Source: Deltaproteobacteria bacterium (lineage in GTDB: Bacteria; JAGRBM01; JAHCIT01). Taken from it: DNA of 64,000 nucleotides. Positions 43,649 through 52,333 of the stretch are shown here, in pieces (within the stretch, counting starts at the first letter, position 1; every line of letters starts with the position of its first letter). Location: contig JAHCIT010000009.1 of the NCBI GenBank assembly GCA_026129095.1, forward strand, positions 1 to 64,000. Direction: 5' to 3'. Under the pieces are notes generated by a model. That model saw only the letters and a list, made by a program, of their open reading frames with translations, was not told the DNA's origin and searched no databases. The position numbers were made by a program, and so were the translations under genes.

Positions 43649-45466
43649 TCAGGCCACCCGGCTCGTTCTAGCCGATTTTTCAACCTGCCAGTTGTCGAGG
43701 GTTCCCATGATCGGATCGCTGGCAGAGGCGAGATGCGGCGCAGCCCAGTAGGCAGATGAATAGTCCGTATTTCCCACTGGATCGGTGCGAAGTTCGATCC
43801 GGACTGTTTTCCCGCCAAAAGCTGAAAGATCCAGGTCGAAATGGTGCCAGGCACGATGCGACGGGTCGGTCTTCGGCGCCAGCGACCGGTCGAACAGGAG
43901 TGTTCGTAAAAACCGGCCACCCGCGTATACACGGAACCGGACACCATCAGTTCGGCTCCAGACTTCAGGGACAATACCGATACCAAACCTCAGGCGCGAG
44001 TCCGGTTTTACCCCCACCCGATAGATCAGCCGCGTCGGTGGATGGGCGCACAGGGCACTGCGTTCCTCATAGTTGAGCTTTGGCGCAGCGATATAGACGT
44101 AGCTGGGGTCTGGTGTCACCACCGTGGCCGTATCACGATGCTGGAGCAGGTCGTAATAGCCGCGACGGGCCTTTTCCTCGGCGATCTCGATACCCGAACG
44201 AGCAAACTCCCGGTAAAGCTCCAGCAGCCTTTCACGGCTGATAGTAGGGAGGTCCAGAAAGCTGTTCTCGTCGAAATAGCTCGGGTCTGTATCCTGCCGG
44301 AGGATCCCCTGTTCTTTCGCCTCGCGGTACAACGACGTACCAGGAAACGGCGTGAATATTGTTACTATGGTCCGGTTGGGGCGTATTTCCCGGTTGAGGT
44401 CGATAGAATCCCGGACCGTCTGTTCGGTTTCGCCCGGTATCCCGATGATGTTGTAGGTGGCCGTCTCGATCCCAAGCCTGTCGGCCTCACGGAAACACTT
44501 GCGGATATCGTCATTTGATATCCTTTTGATGAGCACTTTCCTTCGTAACTCCTCGTTACCGGTTTCTACCCCTGCCACGACCGAATACAGTCCCACATCG
44601 CGCAGGAGTTCCAGGCGTTCGGCATCAATTGTTTTTACCTGTAGCTGGATACGGAAAGGCATCCGCACACGGTCTCCGTAGATACGGGCAAATGCTTTCG
44701 TCCACTCCCGGTTCAAGGTAAAAATGTCGTCAATGAAATAGAACGTCCGGTTTCCATAGGTATCGCGGACATATTCACATTCGCGAACGACATCTTCAGG
44801 TGTCCGCCAGCGCAAGTTCGAGCCCAGCTCCCGGTTCTGGTCTATCTTCACTTCATTCGAACAATATGAGCACCGGTATGGACATCCCCGGCCCGCCATG
44901 ACGTTCGCCTCGCCATTCATCATCTCAATGACGCGGCTGAAGTCGAACAGTTCGTGATCCGGCCATCCGAGGCGGTCCAGATCCTCTACCAGCGGCCCCA
45001 TTGGATTCTGTTCCCATGCGCCAGCAGCAGTTTTCAGCCAGAAGTTGGCCAGGCCTGTTGGCCGACGGTTCCCAGCGCCCAGTTCCTGAACGTACTGGAC
45101 GAACTGGTCTTCACCTTCCCCGATGCAGATGGCGTCCAGTTCCGGCGCCTGTATGAGCGTCTCGTGGGGAGCCAGCGTCGGGTGGATACCCCCTGCAATT
45201 ACCTGCAAGCCAAAATGGGCTTTTGCCCAGCGAATCATGGGCACAACGAACCGCCACTGCCCGGAGGTTGTCGAGATGGCGAGAAGGTCCGGTTTCTCTT
45301 GCTGAATACGCTGGCAGAACTTTTCTTCAGAAGGCATCTCGGCCAGATGATACAGTGAACGGTCCGCTCCAGCCCGCTTCAATGCACCCGATAGCATCCC
45401 GATCCCCATCTGGTAATAGTGGGGCGTCCTGGACGCGATATCAGGATAGAGGAACAGCACTTTCAT
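43649..45466 (-). CDS. B12-binding radical SAM protein (copy 4) with C-terminal beta-rich domain
   Basis: GIGML, GGIHPT, GEGE; RGCPYRCSYC; DDIF, GVETG, GIPGET, TPFPGT. Confidence 0.93.
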   Translation of the reverse strand: MKVLFLYPDIASRTPHYYQMGIGMLSGALKRAGADRSLYHLAEMPSEEKFCQRIQQEKPDLLAISTTSGQWRFVVPMIRWAKAHFGLQVIAGGIHPTLAPHETLIQAPELDAICIGEGEDQFVQYVQELGAGNRRPTGLANFWLKTAAGAWEQNPMGPLVEDLDRLGWPDHELFDFSRVIEMMNGEANVMAGRGCPYRCSYCSNEVKIDQNRELGSNLRWRTPEDVVRECEYVRDTYGNRTFYFIDDIFTLNREWTKAFARIYGDRVRMPFRIQLQVKTIDAERLELLRDVGLYSVVAGVETGNEELRRKVLIKRISNDDIRKCFREADRLGIETATYNIIGIPGETEQTVRDSIDLNREIRPNRTIVTIFTPFPGTSLYREAKEQGILRQDTDPSYFDENSFLDLPTISRERLLELYREFARSGIEIAEEKARRGYYDLLQHRDTATVVTPDPSYVYIAAPKLNYEERSALCAHPPTRLIYRVGVKPDSRLRFGIGIVPEVWSRTDGVRFRVYAGGRFLRTLLFDRSLAPKTDPSHRAWHHFDLDLSAFGGKTVRIELRTDPVGNTDYSSAYWAAPHLASASDPIMGTLDNWQVEKSARTSRVA

Positions 45467-47364
45467 GCGGCCGCGCTCCTGCTGGATGACTCGGCCCGGC
45501 TGGCATCAAGCTCCGGTCCCGCCGCAAATGTGACATGTGGACGGGTTTCAGCCGCATTCCTGTATTCGATCCACGGGTGCCCCCACCCCGCCCATGCCCA
45601 GGTGCCATGCCCCTCGGCAGCGGTTGTCTGGAAGATGAATTCGACCTCGCCGGGGGTCTCTCCGGAAAGGTCAATCTCCACGGGAAGCCAGCTACGGTCG
45701 GCGGGATTCCGGCGCGGGAAAACAGTCTGGTCCAGCAGTTTCTTTTTCATCCGCCACGGGCGCTTCAGGTACAACCGGAACCGGATTCCGTCTGCATCTG
45801 GCTTGTCCCAGACCATCGGATTGACCGCAAGCGCGCACTTGAATACCGATGCGGAATTAAGCCTGACGCGGAATGCCGCTTCTGCCGGGGGATGCTCGAA
45901 CAGCACGAAACGGCGGTCATTGTTCACGTCAAATGACTGGATGGAGATGTGCTTCTGTTCGGTTTCGGCAATTCGCGCCTCGATGATTTCTGCAAGAAAA
46001 TCAAAATAACCCCGCCGCTGCTTGCGGAAGAAACTCGTCGTGATGGTTTTTTCAAACTTCTGCCCCAGTTCCATCAGCTTTTCAGGCGGCATGCCGGGCA
46101 GATCAAGCACCGACCTGAACCGGTGCAGTTCTGCCTCAAAAAAGTTCGAGAACGTCCGCTCGGAAAGACGCTCGCCCACGACTTCGGGATTTTTCAGATA
46201 CCCTTCGGCGACAGACCGGCGGTAAAGTTCCGTACCCGGATAGGGATAGAACACGCAGACATTGGAAAAATCCGGCGCCAGCTTCCGGTGGAAACCGATG
46301 GTCGCCTCGATATCCTCCGGCTTCTCTCCGGGAAACCCGATCTGGTAGAAGGCCCACGTCTTTATCCCGGCATCACGGCAAACGCGAAATGCCTCCCACA
46401 TCCGCTCATCCGACATACGGCGATTGAGAATCTCCTGCCGCACCCGCTGGGAACCTGACTCGATGCCTGCGTGAATCAGCGTGCAACCGGCATCAGCAAG
46501 CAGCCCGATAAGATCTGGCTTGGCCTGCTCGACCCGCATCAGGAACGAAAATTCCATGCCGACTTCCCGTTTCCATGTGTCGGCGAACTCTTCCATCCAG
46601 CCCCGCTTCGAGATGAATACCTCATCAAAAAACTGGATATGCTTCACGTTCCAGCGGCTGATCAGGTACTTGGCTTCCTCGATCACACTTCGGACGCTGC
46701 GCTTGCGATAGATTTCATTCCCCTGCCCGTAGTTCTCCAGGTAGAACTTGTTGCAGCAGTAATGGCAATCGTACGGACACCCGCGGCCCGACAGCATGAG
46801 AGCCGCAGACTGCCCGTGCCCGTAAGCCAGATGGTAAAAATCGAAAATGTCCCGGTCCGGATAAGGCAAGTCGTCGAGCTGCCGGTTGAGTTCCTGCTTG
46901 GCGTTCCGGACAAATCCGCCATCTGCCGTGCGGGCCCACAGGTTCGGTATATCCGTCGCGGACACGCCCCGGGCATGCCGGTCAACCAGCTCCAGCAGGG
47001 CTTCCTCGCCTTCGCCCACGCAAACGTAATCAATATGCGGAGTCTCGATGAAGCAGCTTTCGGGGGCCATCATCGCATGGAAACCGCCAACAACAACCGG
47101 AAGGCCCGTATCCTCCTTGACCCACTTCACATAACGCTTGGCCTCGCTCCACATGTTTGTAACAAGCGAGAAGCCCACCATATCGGCTCCGAAATCGGAG
47201 ATCCGGCGGGCCAGGTCCTCCCGGCTGATTTCACGAACCAGGTGTATCAGCGCCGTTTCGTGTCCGGCGGCCTTCAGCGTCGCTGAGAGGTATCCGACCC
47301 CGAAATTGTAAGTCGGATTATCATAATTGCCCGGATAGTCCGGATAGATGAACATGAATTTCAT
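45463..47364 (-). CDS. B12-binding radical SAM protein (copy 3) with C-terminal beta-rich domain
   Basis: GVGYL, GGFHA, GEGE; RGCPYDCHYC; DEVF, GIESG, GFPGE, YPYPGT. Confidence 0.93.
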   Translation of the reverse strand: MKFMFIYPDYPGNYDNPTYNFGVGYLSATLKAAGHETALIHLVREISREDLARRISDFGADMVGFSLVTNMWSEAKRYVKWVKEDTGLPVVVGGFHAMMAPESCFIETPHIDYVCVGEGEEALLELVDRHARGVSATDIPNLWARTADGGFVRNAKQELNRQLDDLPYPDRDIFDFYHLAYGHGQSAALMLSGRGCPYDCHYCCNKFYLENYGQGNEIYRKRSVRSVIEEAKYLISRWNVKHIQFFDEVFISKRGWMEEFADTWKREVGMEFSFLMRVEQAKPDLIGLLADAGCTLIHAGIESGSQRVRQEILNRRMSDERMWEAFRVCRDAGIKTWAFYQIGFPGEKPEDIEATIGFHRKLAPDFSNVCVFYPYPGTELYRRSVAEGYLKNPEVVGERLSERTFSNFFEAELHRFRSVLDLPGMPPEKLMELGQKFEKTITTSFFRKQRRGYFDFLAEIIEARIAETEQKHISIQSFDVNNDRRFVLFEHPPAEAAFRVRLNSASVFKCALAVNPMVWDKPDADGIRFRLYLKRPWRMKKKLLDQTVFPRRNPADRSWLPVEIDLSGETPGEVEFIFQTTAAEGHGTWAWAGWGHPWIEYRNAAETRPHVTFAAGPELDASRAESSSRSAAA

Positions 47365-47375
47365 GCGTCCGGCCC

Positions 47376-49250
47376 CTACCTCTGGGCAGCTCCCGCAAAG
47401 TCCACCCGTGGCCGCATGTTGATCGGCTCCGTGGTAAGCGAGACCGCGTTAAAAACCCGCCACTGGCGCGTCTTGAGATCGACATGCGGACGGCCCCAGT
47501 AGACCGTCGCATATTCAGCAGATGGAGCATCGACACTGGTCTTGAACACCAGTGTCACACGCTTCCCCGCCCACGGCGAAAGATCCACCTCGAAAGGCAC
47601 CCACGTACGGTGGCTTTCGATCCTGCGTGGCGACAACGTCCCCTTCCACAGGGATTTCTGCCAGAACGTCCTCTGGATGCCGATTTCAAACCGGATCTCA
47701 TCCGGCACATGACGCTCCCAGCAGTTCGCATCCATGCCAATTTCAAACCGGAGGGCAGAACCCGCCGGAACGTCTATCGTCCAGCGATAAATGGCAGGAG
47801 GGTGTGCCTGCAGGCACACCCTCGCACCGGCCGCCAGCGTCACGATACCGAGCCCCGTATGGCCATCAGGAGCCTGGACCCGGACGCTTCCATTACGGCT
47901 GGGGCCGCCAAACTCGTCTGTCATGTCCCGCAGGCTGCCTTCACGGGCGGCAGCAACGGCCGAATTGAGTAGCACTTCGTAAAACTCAAGCTGTTTGGCT
48001 GCAATCCGCTCCGGGGCGATCGTAACCCCGTTGTAGGAACCGATACGCTTGATATCGATCCAGTGAAGCGGCTTGGCGAAGTTGCTCTCTTCGTATTTCT
48101 GGAACAGCGCCGTCCCCGGCATCGGGTTGTAGATCGTCGCCTGAAGGACGTCCGGCATCGCTTCGCGAAGGAAGTCCAGCGTCTTGTCAATACTGGCCTC
48201 GGTTTCGCCAGGTACGGCGTACATGTTGTTCAGCTTGACCCGGATACCCCGGCGCTTGCACCCGCGAATAACTTCAAGTGCCTCCTCGTTGGTAAAATAT
48301 TTCCGGAGAACCTCTTTCCGGAACTGCGGATCCCCACTCTCCATGCCGAATTCGATGCCGACGCACCCGGCCTTCTGGAGCAGATCCAGTATCTCCTCAT
48401 TGATGCCCTTGAAATGGGCGCTGATCATGAACGGGATGCCACATTCCCTGGCCCAGGTATTACAGAATGCAGCTGTCCACGGCTTGAACATCGTGAACAT
48501 CTCGTCATCGAACAGTATGGACCGGATATCGTGCTGCTGGCGCATCGCGTTCACTTCAAGGCATATCGATTCCGGAGAACGCACCCGAAGCAGCTTCTTG
48601 CCGCCATACATGTCGAGCAATGCTGCGTTCGAGCAATAAGTGCAGTGGTACGGACAGCCGCGTTGCACTTTCATCTGGAACATCCCGCCGTTGCGGCGCA
48701 GGATGTCCTTCATGTCAAAAATGCTCCGGTCTGCCCACGGAAGATCATCGAGTTTTTCGACCGCCTGACCATGGCCGCCGTCAATTGCCACTCCCGTGTG
48801 CTCGTCAGGAAGCCATACGCCTGGGATTTCGGGCCGTTGGTCGCCTGAAGCGAGCGCCGTCAGATACTGTGGAAATGAGACATCCGCCTCGCCCACGAAC
48901 ACCGCGCCCCAGAGGGGGTCGGCCGCCTCGCCCTCGGCAAAGCCTTGCTGCGGCAGAAAAGTTGTATGGATACCGCCCACGATCCGGGGGCCAAGTCCGG
49001 CCTCACGTGCCCAGCAGGCCATTTGCCGGATCAACGGCCACTGAATCGAAGTGGAACTGAAGGCGAACAGGTCAGCACCGGATGCGGCCAGGGACTGGAT
49101 AAACTCGTCCCTGGCCGGCATCAAATGATAGTTCGAGAGGCCGGTTTCCCATCCCAGTCGCCTGGCAAGTGCCGAGAGCTGCCCGACCCCGTTGTGATAA
49201 TGCGGGTCGTTGCAGGTCCCAACGTTTGTGTAGATAAAATGGACCCGCAC
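47376..49250 (-). CDS. B12-binding radical SAM protein (copy 2) with C-terminal beta-rich domain
   Basis: GVGQL, GGIHTT, GEAD; RGCPYHCTYC; DEMF, GMESG, VPGET, PMPGT. Confidence 0.92.
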   Translation of the reverse strand: MRVHFIYTNVGTCNDPHYHNGVGQLSALARRLGWETGLSNYHLMPARDEFIQSLAASGADLFAFSSTSIQWPLIRQMACWAREAGLGPRIVGGIHTTFLPQQGFAEGEAADPLWGAVFVGEADVSFPQYLTALASGDQRPEIPGVWLPDEHTGVAIDGGHGQAVEKLDDLPWADRSIFDMKDILRRNGGMFQMKVQRGCPYHCTYCSNAALLDMYGGKKLLRVRSPESICLEVNAMRQQHDIRSILFDDEMFTMFKPWTAAFCNTWARECGIPFMISAHFKGINEEILDLLQKAGCVGIEFGMESGDPQFRKEVLRKYFTNEEALEVIRGCKRRGIRVKLNNMYAVPGETEASIDKTLDFLREAMPDVLQATIYNPMPGTALFQKYEESNFAKPLHWIDIKRIGSYNGVTIAPERIAAKQLEFYEVLLNSAVAAAREGSLRDMTDEFGGPSRNGSVRVQAPDGHTGLGIVTLAAGARVCLQAHPPAIYRWTIDVPAGSALRFEIGMDANCWERHVPDEIRFEIGIQRTFWQKSLWKGTLSPRRIESHRTWVPFEVDLSPWAGKRVTLVFKTSVDAPSAEYATVYWGRPHVDLKTRQWRVFNAVSLTTEPINMRPRVDFAGAAQR

Positions 49251-49265
49251 GAAGCCTCTCCGGCG

Positions 49266-51035
49266 TCAGTTTGCCGCACGTGACACGATAATCGGTTCGC
49301 CCCAATACGACGAGCAATACTCAGGCGATCCGGGGGCCTTCGTGATGAAGGCCAGATCGACTGTTTTCCCGGCCAGGGACGAAAGATCTATTTCAGCATC
49401 ATGCCAGCATCGGTCGTCCTTGTTGTTCTTGGGATCAATCTGCTTTTCGAACAGGGTCCGCTTGCGGAACATCGACCGGGCCTCCACCCGAAACTTCACC
49501 GGGCCGCCCTTGTCAGGTGACCAGACGGTCGGCGCCATCGTCACCCCGAATCGCAGTACCGAATTGGGCTTCAGTGTGACCCGGTAGCGAATCTCGCTGT
49601 CCGGATGGCAAAGGAGCGATGGCCGTTCGTCGGTATCCACGCGGACCAGTTCAACGTTGATATAACGCGGATCTGAGGTACGCAGCTGGGCACGGGGGAG
49701 TTCCTCAAAGAAGTCGTAATACGAACCCATTTTCTGCCTGCGTTTCATCGCGCTGAGCTGGTTTCCCAGCCGGTAAAATTCGTAATAGAGCTCTGTGAGC
49801 TTCTGCTTGGAAATTGTCGGCAGGTCCATGAACCCGACATGGGAGAAATAATTGTCGTGTTCGTATTCCTTGAGGTAGCCCTCCGACACACACACTTCAT
49901 GAAGCTTGGTCCCGGGGAACGGGGTGAATTTGAAAACCAGCGTGTGATCGGGGTTAGCCTGCCGAAGGATATCCATGGACTTCTGAATTGACTGTTCGGT
50001 TTCCCCGGGCACACCGACAATGTTGTAACTGCAGGTTTCGATTCCGACTTCGTCGCAGAACCGGAACGTATTGATGATCTGCTCATCGGTCAGGTTCCGG
50101 TTCATGACCTCGCGCCGGATGTAGTCATCGCCCGATTCGATGGCGATAATTGCCTGGTAACAACCTGCCTCTGCCAGCCGTCGGGCTGTTTCGCGGCCGA
50201 AGGTCTGCATCTGCACCTGCATGTTGAATGGCAGGTCAAATCTCTTTTTGTACTCGTCGAGAAACGCATACAGCCACTTCTTGTTCTCGGTGATGATATC
50301 GTCCGAGAACGTTATGTAACGGGCCTCTTCCGGATAGCGGTCAACAATACCCTGTATCTCGTCAATGACGCTTTCCACCGACCTCTGGCGAATGAAACGG
50401 CCATTACCGGAATAAAGCCGCATCTGGGCTTCGTTTGAACAGTAGGTGCAGCGGTACGGGCAGCCACGGGAAGTCATGATCTGCACGTTTCCATACTGAA
50501 GCCGGAGCGCCTTCGCATAATCGAGGCACTCGCGGTACGGCGGCGGCAGGCTGTCGAGGGGGTCCACCAGCTCGCGCATCTCGTTGACAATCACACGGCC
50601 ATCGGAAGCACGGGTCCAGATATTGGGTATGCGGTCAGTCGGCTTGCCCTGGGAAACAGCCTCCACAAGATCGAGCAACGCATGCTCGCCCTCGCCACGA
50701 CAAATGAAATCCATGTTGGGTTCGGCAATGCATTCATCCGGTGACAGTGTCGGGTGAACTCCACCGGCCACCGTAGGCACCGGATGCTCTTCCTTGATCC
50801 AGGCAGCCATCTGCCGGACGTATCGCCACTGGACGTACACCGACGAGAAACCGATCAGTTGAGGATCAAACTCCTTGATTGCCGCCATGAGCTTCTGGCG
50901 GTTTAGCTGAGGTACCCGCTCGAAACGGGGCTCATGACCGGCAGCCTTCAGCGTGGCAGCCAGGGAGCCCACACCAAGCTGATAGTATATTGGCGTAAGG
51001 GTATCGATATCCGGGTACAACAGCATTACGCGCAT
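49266..51035 (-). CDS. B12-binding radical SAM protein (copy 1) with C-terminal beta-rich domain
   Basis: LGVGSL, GGVHPT, GEGE; SRGCPYRCTYC; DDII, IESG, GVPGET, TPFPGT. GAGGA RBS upstream. Confidence 0.93.
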   Translation of the reverse strand: MRVMLLYPDIDTLTPIYYQLGVGSLAATLKAAGHEPRFERVPQLNRQKLMAAIKEFDPQLIGFSSVYVQWRYVRQMAAWIKEEHPVPTVAGGVHPTLSPDECIAEPNMDFICRGEGEHALLDLVEAVSQGKPTDRIPNIWTRASDGRVIVNEMRELVDPLDSLPPPYRECLDYAKALRLQYGNVQIMTSRGCPYRCTYCSNEAQMRLYSGNGRFIRQRSVESVIDEIQGIVDRYPEEARYITFSDDIITENKKWLYAFLDEYKKRFDLPFNMQVQMQTFGRETARRLAEAGCYQAIIAIESGDDYIRREVMNRNLTDEQIINTFRFCDEVGIETCSYNIVGVPGETEQSIQKSMDILRQANPDHTLVFKFTPFPGTKLHEVCVSEGYLKEYEHDNYFSHVGFMDLPTISKQKLTELYYEFYRLGNQLSAMKRRQKMGSYYDFFEELPRAQLRTSDPRYINVELVRVDTDERPSLLCHPDSEIRYRVTLKPNSVLRFGVTMAPTVWSPDKGGPVKFRVEARSMFRKRTLFEKQIDPKNNKDDRCWHDAEIDLSSLAGKTVDLAFITKAPGSPEYCSSYWGEPIIVSRAAN

Positions 51036-51055
51036 GGTTTTACCGTCCTCAATTC

Positions 51056-51149
51056 ACGCCGCATCGGCGGTCTTTCTTCAGTTGCCGGGTCCAGCCCTGC
51101 GGGAGCTGGGTGCCCTCGCCTCCGCATCCCCTAAAAAGACCGGCGGCGT
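51056..51149 (-). promoter_or_regulatory. Base-paired 5' leader of the radical SAM operon (candidate cis-regulatory RNA)
   Basis: Nested inverted repeats ACGCCGC/GCGGCGT and CGGTCTTT/AAAGACCG enclose a CCAGC/GCTGG hairpin. The structure ends about 5 nt before the RBS. Confidence 0.4.
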
Positions 51150-51170
51150 CCTGAACTGGCTATATTCCCC

Positions 51171-51200
51171 AAGTTAAGCATGTGCCGGGCCCTCCATCAA
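51171..51200 (-). promoter_or_regulatory. Possible sigma70 promoter for radical SAM operon
   Basis: Minus strand TTGATG-18 bp-TAACTT just upstream of the structured leader. Confidence 0.3.
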
Positions 51201-51453
51201 CCGGAAAACCTGAAAACCCCAGTGATCCGAACCACTTGAAATATTCTCTAAGGGGCAACCGGGCCAATCCATATCACTTTGCCAGATCCGGAAGACCCGT
51301 ATTTGACATTCCATGCAAAAACCGGTCTTTATGCGGCTCCGGTGGACCGGAGTACGCTTCAACAGGCGGTGACTTCAGGCCTTACGGCTCCCCCCACTGG
51401 AACTGAAAAACAACTCCCGTCTGGAAGACGGGGAGAGGCAGCCACAAACAGTC

Positions 51454-51603
51454 ATGAAACGTACGTATCAGCCTCATAATCGCCGTCGTGCCCGCAACCA
51501 CGGTTACCGGGCCCGTGCAGCGACAGCTAGCGGCCGCAAGATCCTGAAAAATCGCCGGACCAAGGGCCGCAAGCGGCTCGCCGTGCGTATTGCCAGCAAA
51601 TAG
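51454..51603 (+). CDS. rpmH: 50S ribosomal protein L34 (not in ORF track, 49 aa)
   Basis: Manual translation: [49 protein letters not shown]. Confidence 0.97.
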   Translation: MKRTYQPHNRRRARNHGYRARAATASGRKILKNRRTKGRKRLAVRIASK

Positions 51604-51755
51604 GTGGAAGCCCCTTCCCTGACGGGGAACCCACATCTGGCCTCAATCAAATCCTGCCATCTGAAATAGTGCCGGCAGGTATAAAAGCGGGAAGCAAGGG
51701 GTTCAGGGATACACAGTTCCGGTGAAGTCCCGGTTTTCGTGATCGCCCATCCGCC

Positions 51756-52082
51756 ATGATTTCGCACCGGTTTCCCAAAGCGGCCCGGATATCACGCTCA
51801 GGCGAGTTCGAGGCCATCTGGAAAGCAGGCAAACGGCAGCGGATAGGTTCACTGGAAGCCCGTTACGAACCAGGCCAGCGGCCACAACTGGGAATCGCCG
51901 TTGACCGCCGGACCGGTAACGCGGCAGTCAGAAACCGCCTCAAACGATGGATACGAGAGCACTTCAGAACACATCCCGACCTGTTCAGCCAGCCCTGGCG
52001 GCTGGTTCTGGTAGTCCGCAGGGACATGCCGAGGGCATCGCTCACAAGAGATTTCGACCGGTTATGGGCGCGGTGCAAATAG
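51756..52082 (+). CDS. rnpA: Ribonuclease P protein component
   Basis: RFPKAARI and LGIAV...GNAAVRNRLKRWIRE (RNR motif); follows rpmH. Confidence 0.93.
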   Translation: MISHRFPKAARISRSGEFEAIWKAGKRQRIGSLEARYEPGQRPQLGIAVDRRTGNAAVRNRLKRWIREHFRTHPDLFSQPWRLVLVVRRDMPRASLTRDFDRLWARCK

Positions 52083-52333
52083 CCGGAAAGCTGCTGGCGC
52101 TACCGCTCATCCTGATCGTCCAGGCTTACCAATGGACGATCAGGCCGCTGCTGGGAAACCGCTGCCGCTTCTATCCGTCATGCTCTGACTATTCACTTGG
52201 AGCGTTCAAACGCCACGGAGCAGTATTCGGAACGGTCCTGACGGTCCGGCGGCTGGCCTGCTGCCATCCGTTTCATCCGGGCGGTGTCGATCCCGTTCCC
52301 GACCGGCTCACGCTCTTCACAAGGAACTCATAA
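52064..52333 (+). CDS. yidD: Membrane protein insertion efficiency factor YidD
   Basis: YQWTIRP...CRFYPSCSDY...CHPFHPGGVDPVP. Start ATG 52064. Confidence 0.93.
   Translation: MGAVQIAGKLLALPLILIVQAYQWTIRPLLGNRCRFYPSCSDYSLGAFKRHGAVFGTVLTVRRLACCHPFHPGGVDPVPDRLTLFTRNS

Noticed and set aside
51174-51362. 62-aa minus-strand ORF as RiPP precursor for the radical SAM array
   Set aside because: TTG start, no evident RBS, no leader/core pattern, it overlaps the likely promoter region, and no peptidase or exporter is nearby.
51036-51453. oriC or canonical cobalamin/SAM-I riboswitch
   Set aside because: No DnaA boxes or AT-rich unwinding element. The B12-box and complete SAM-I core are absent, so it is kept only as an unclassified leader.
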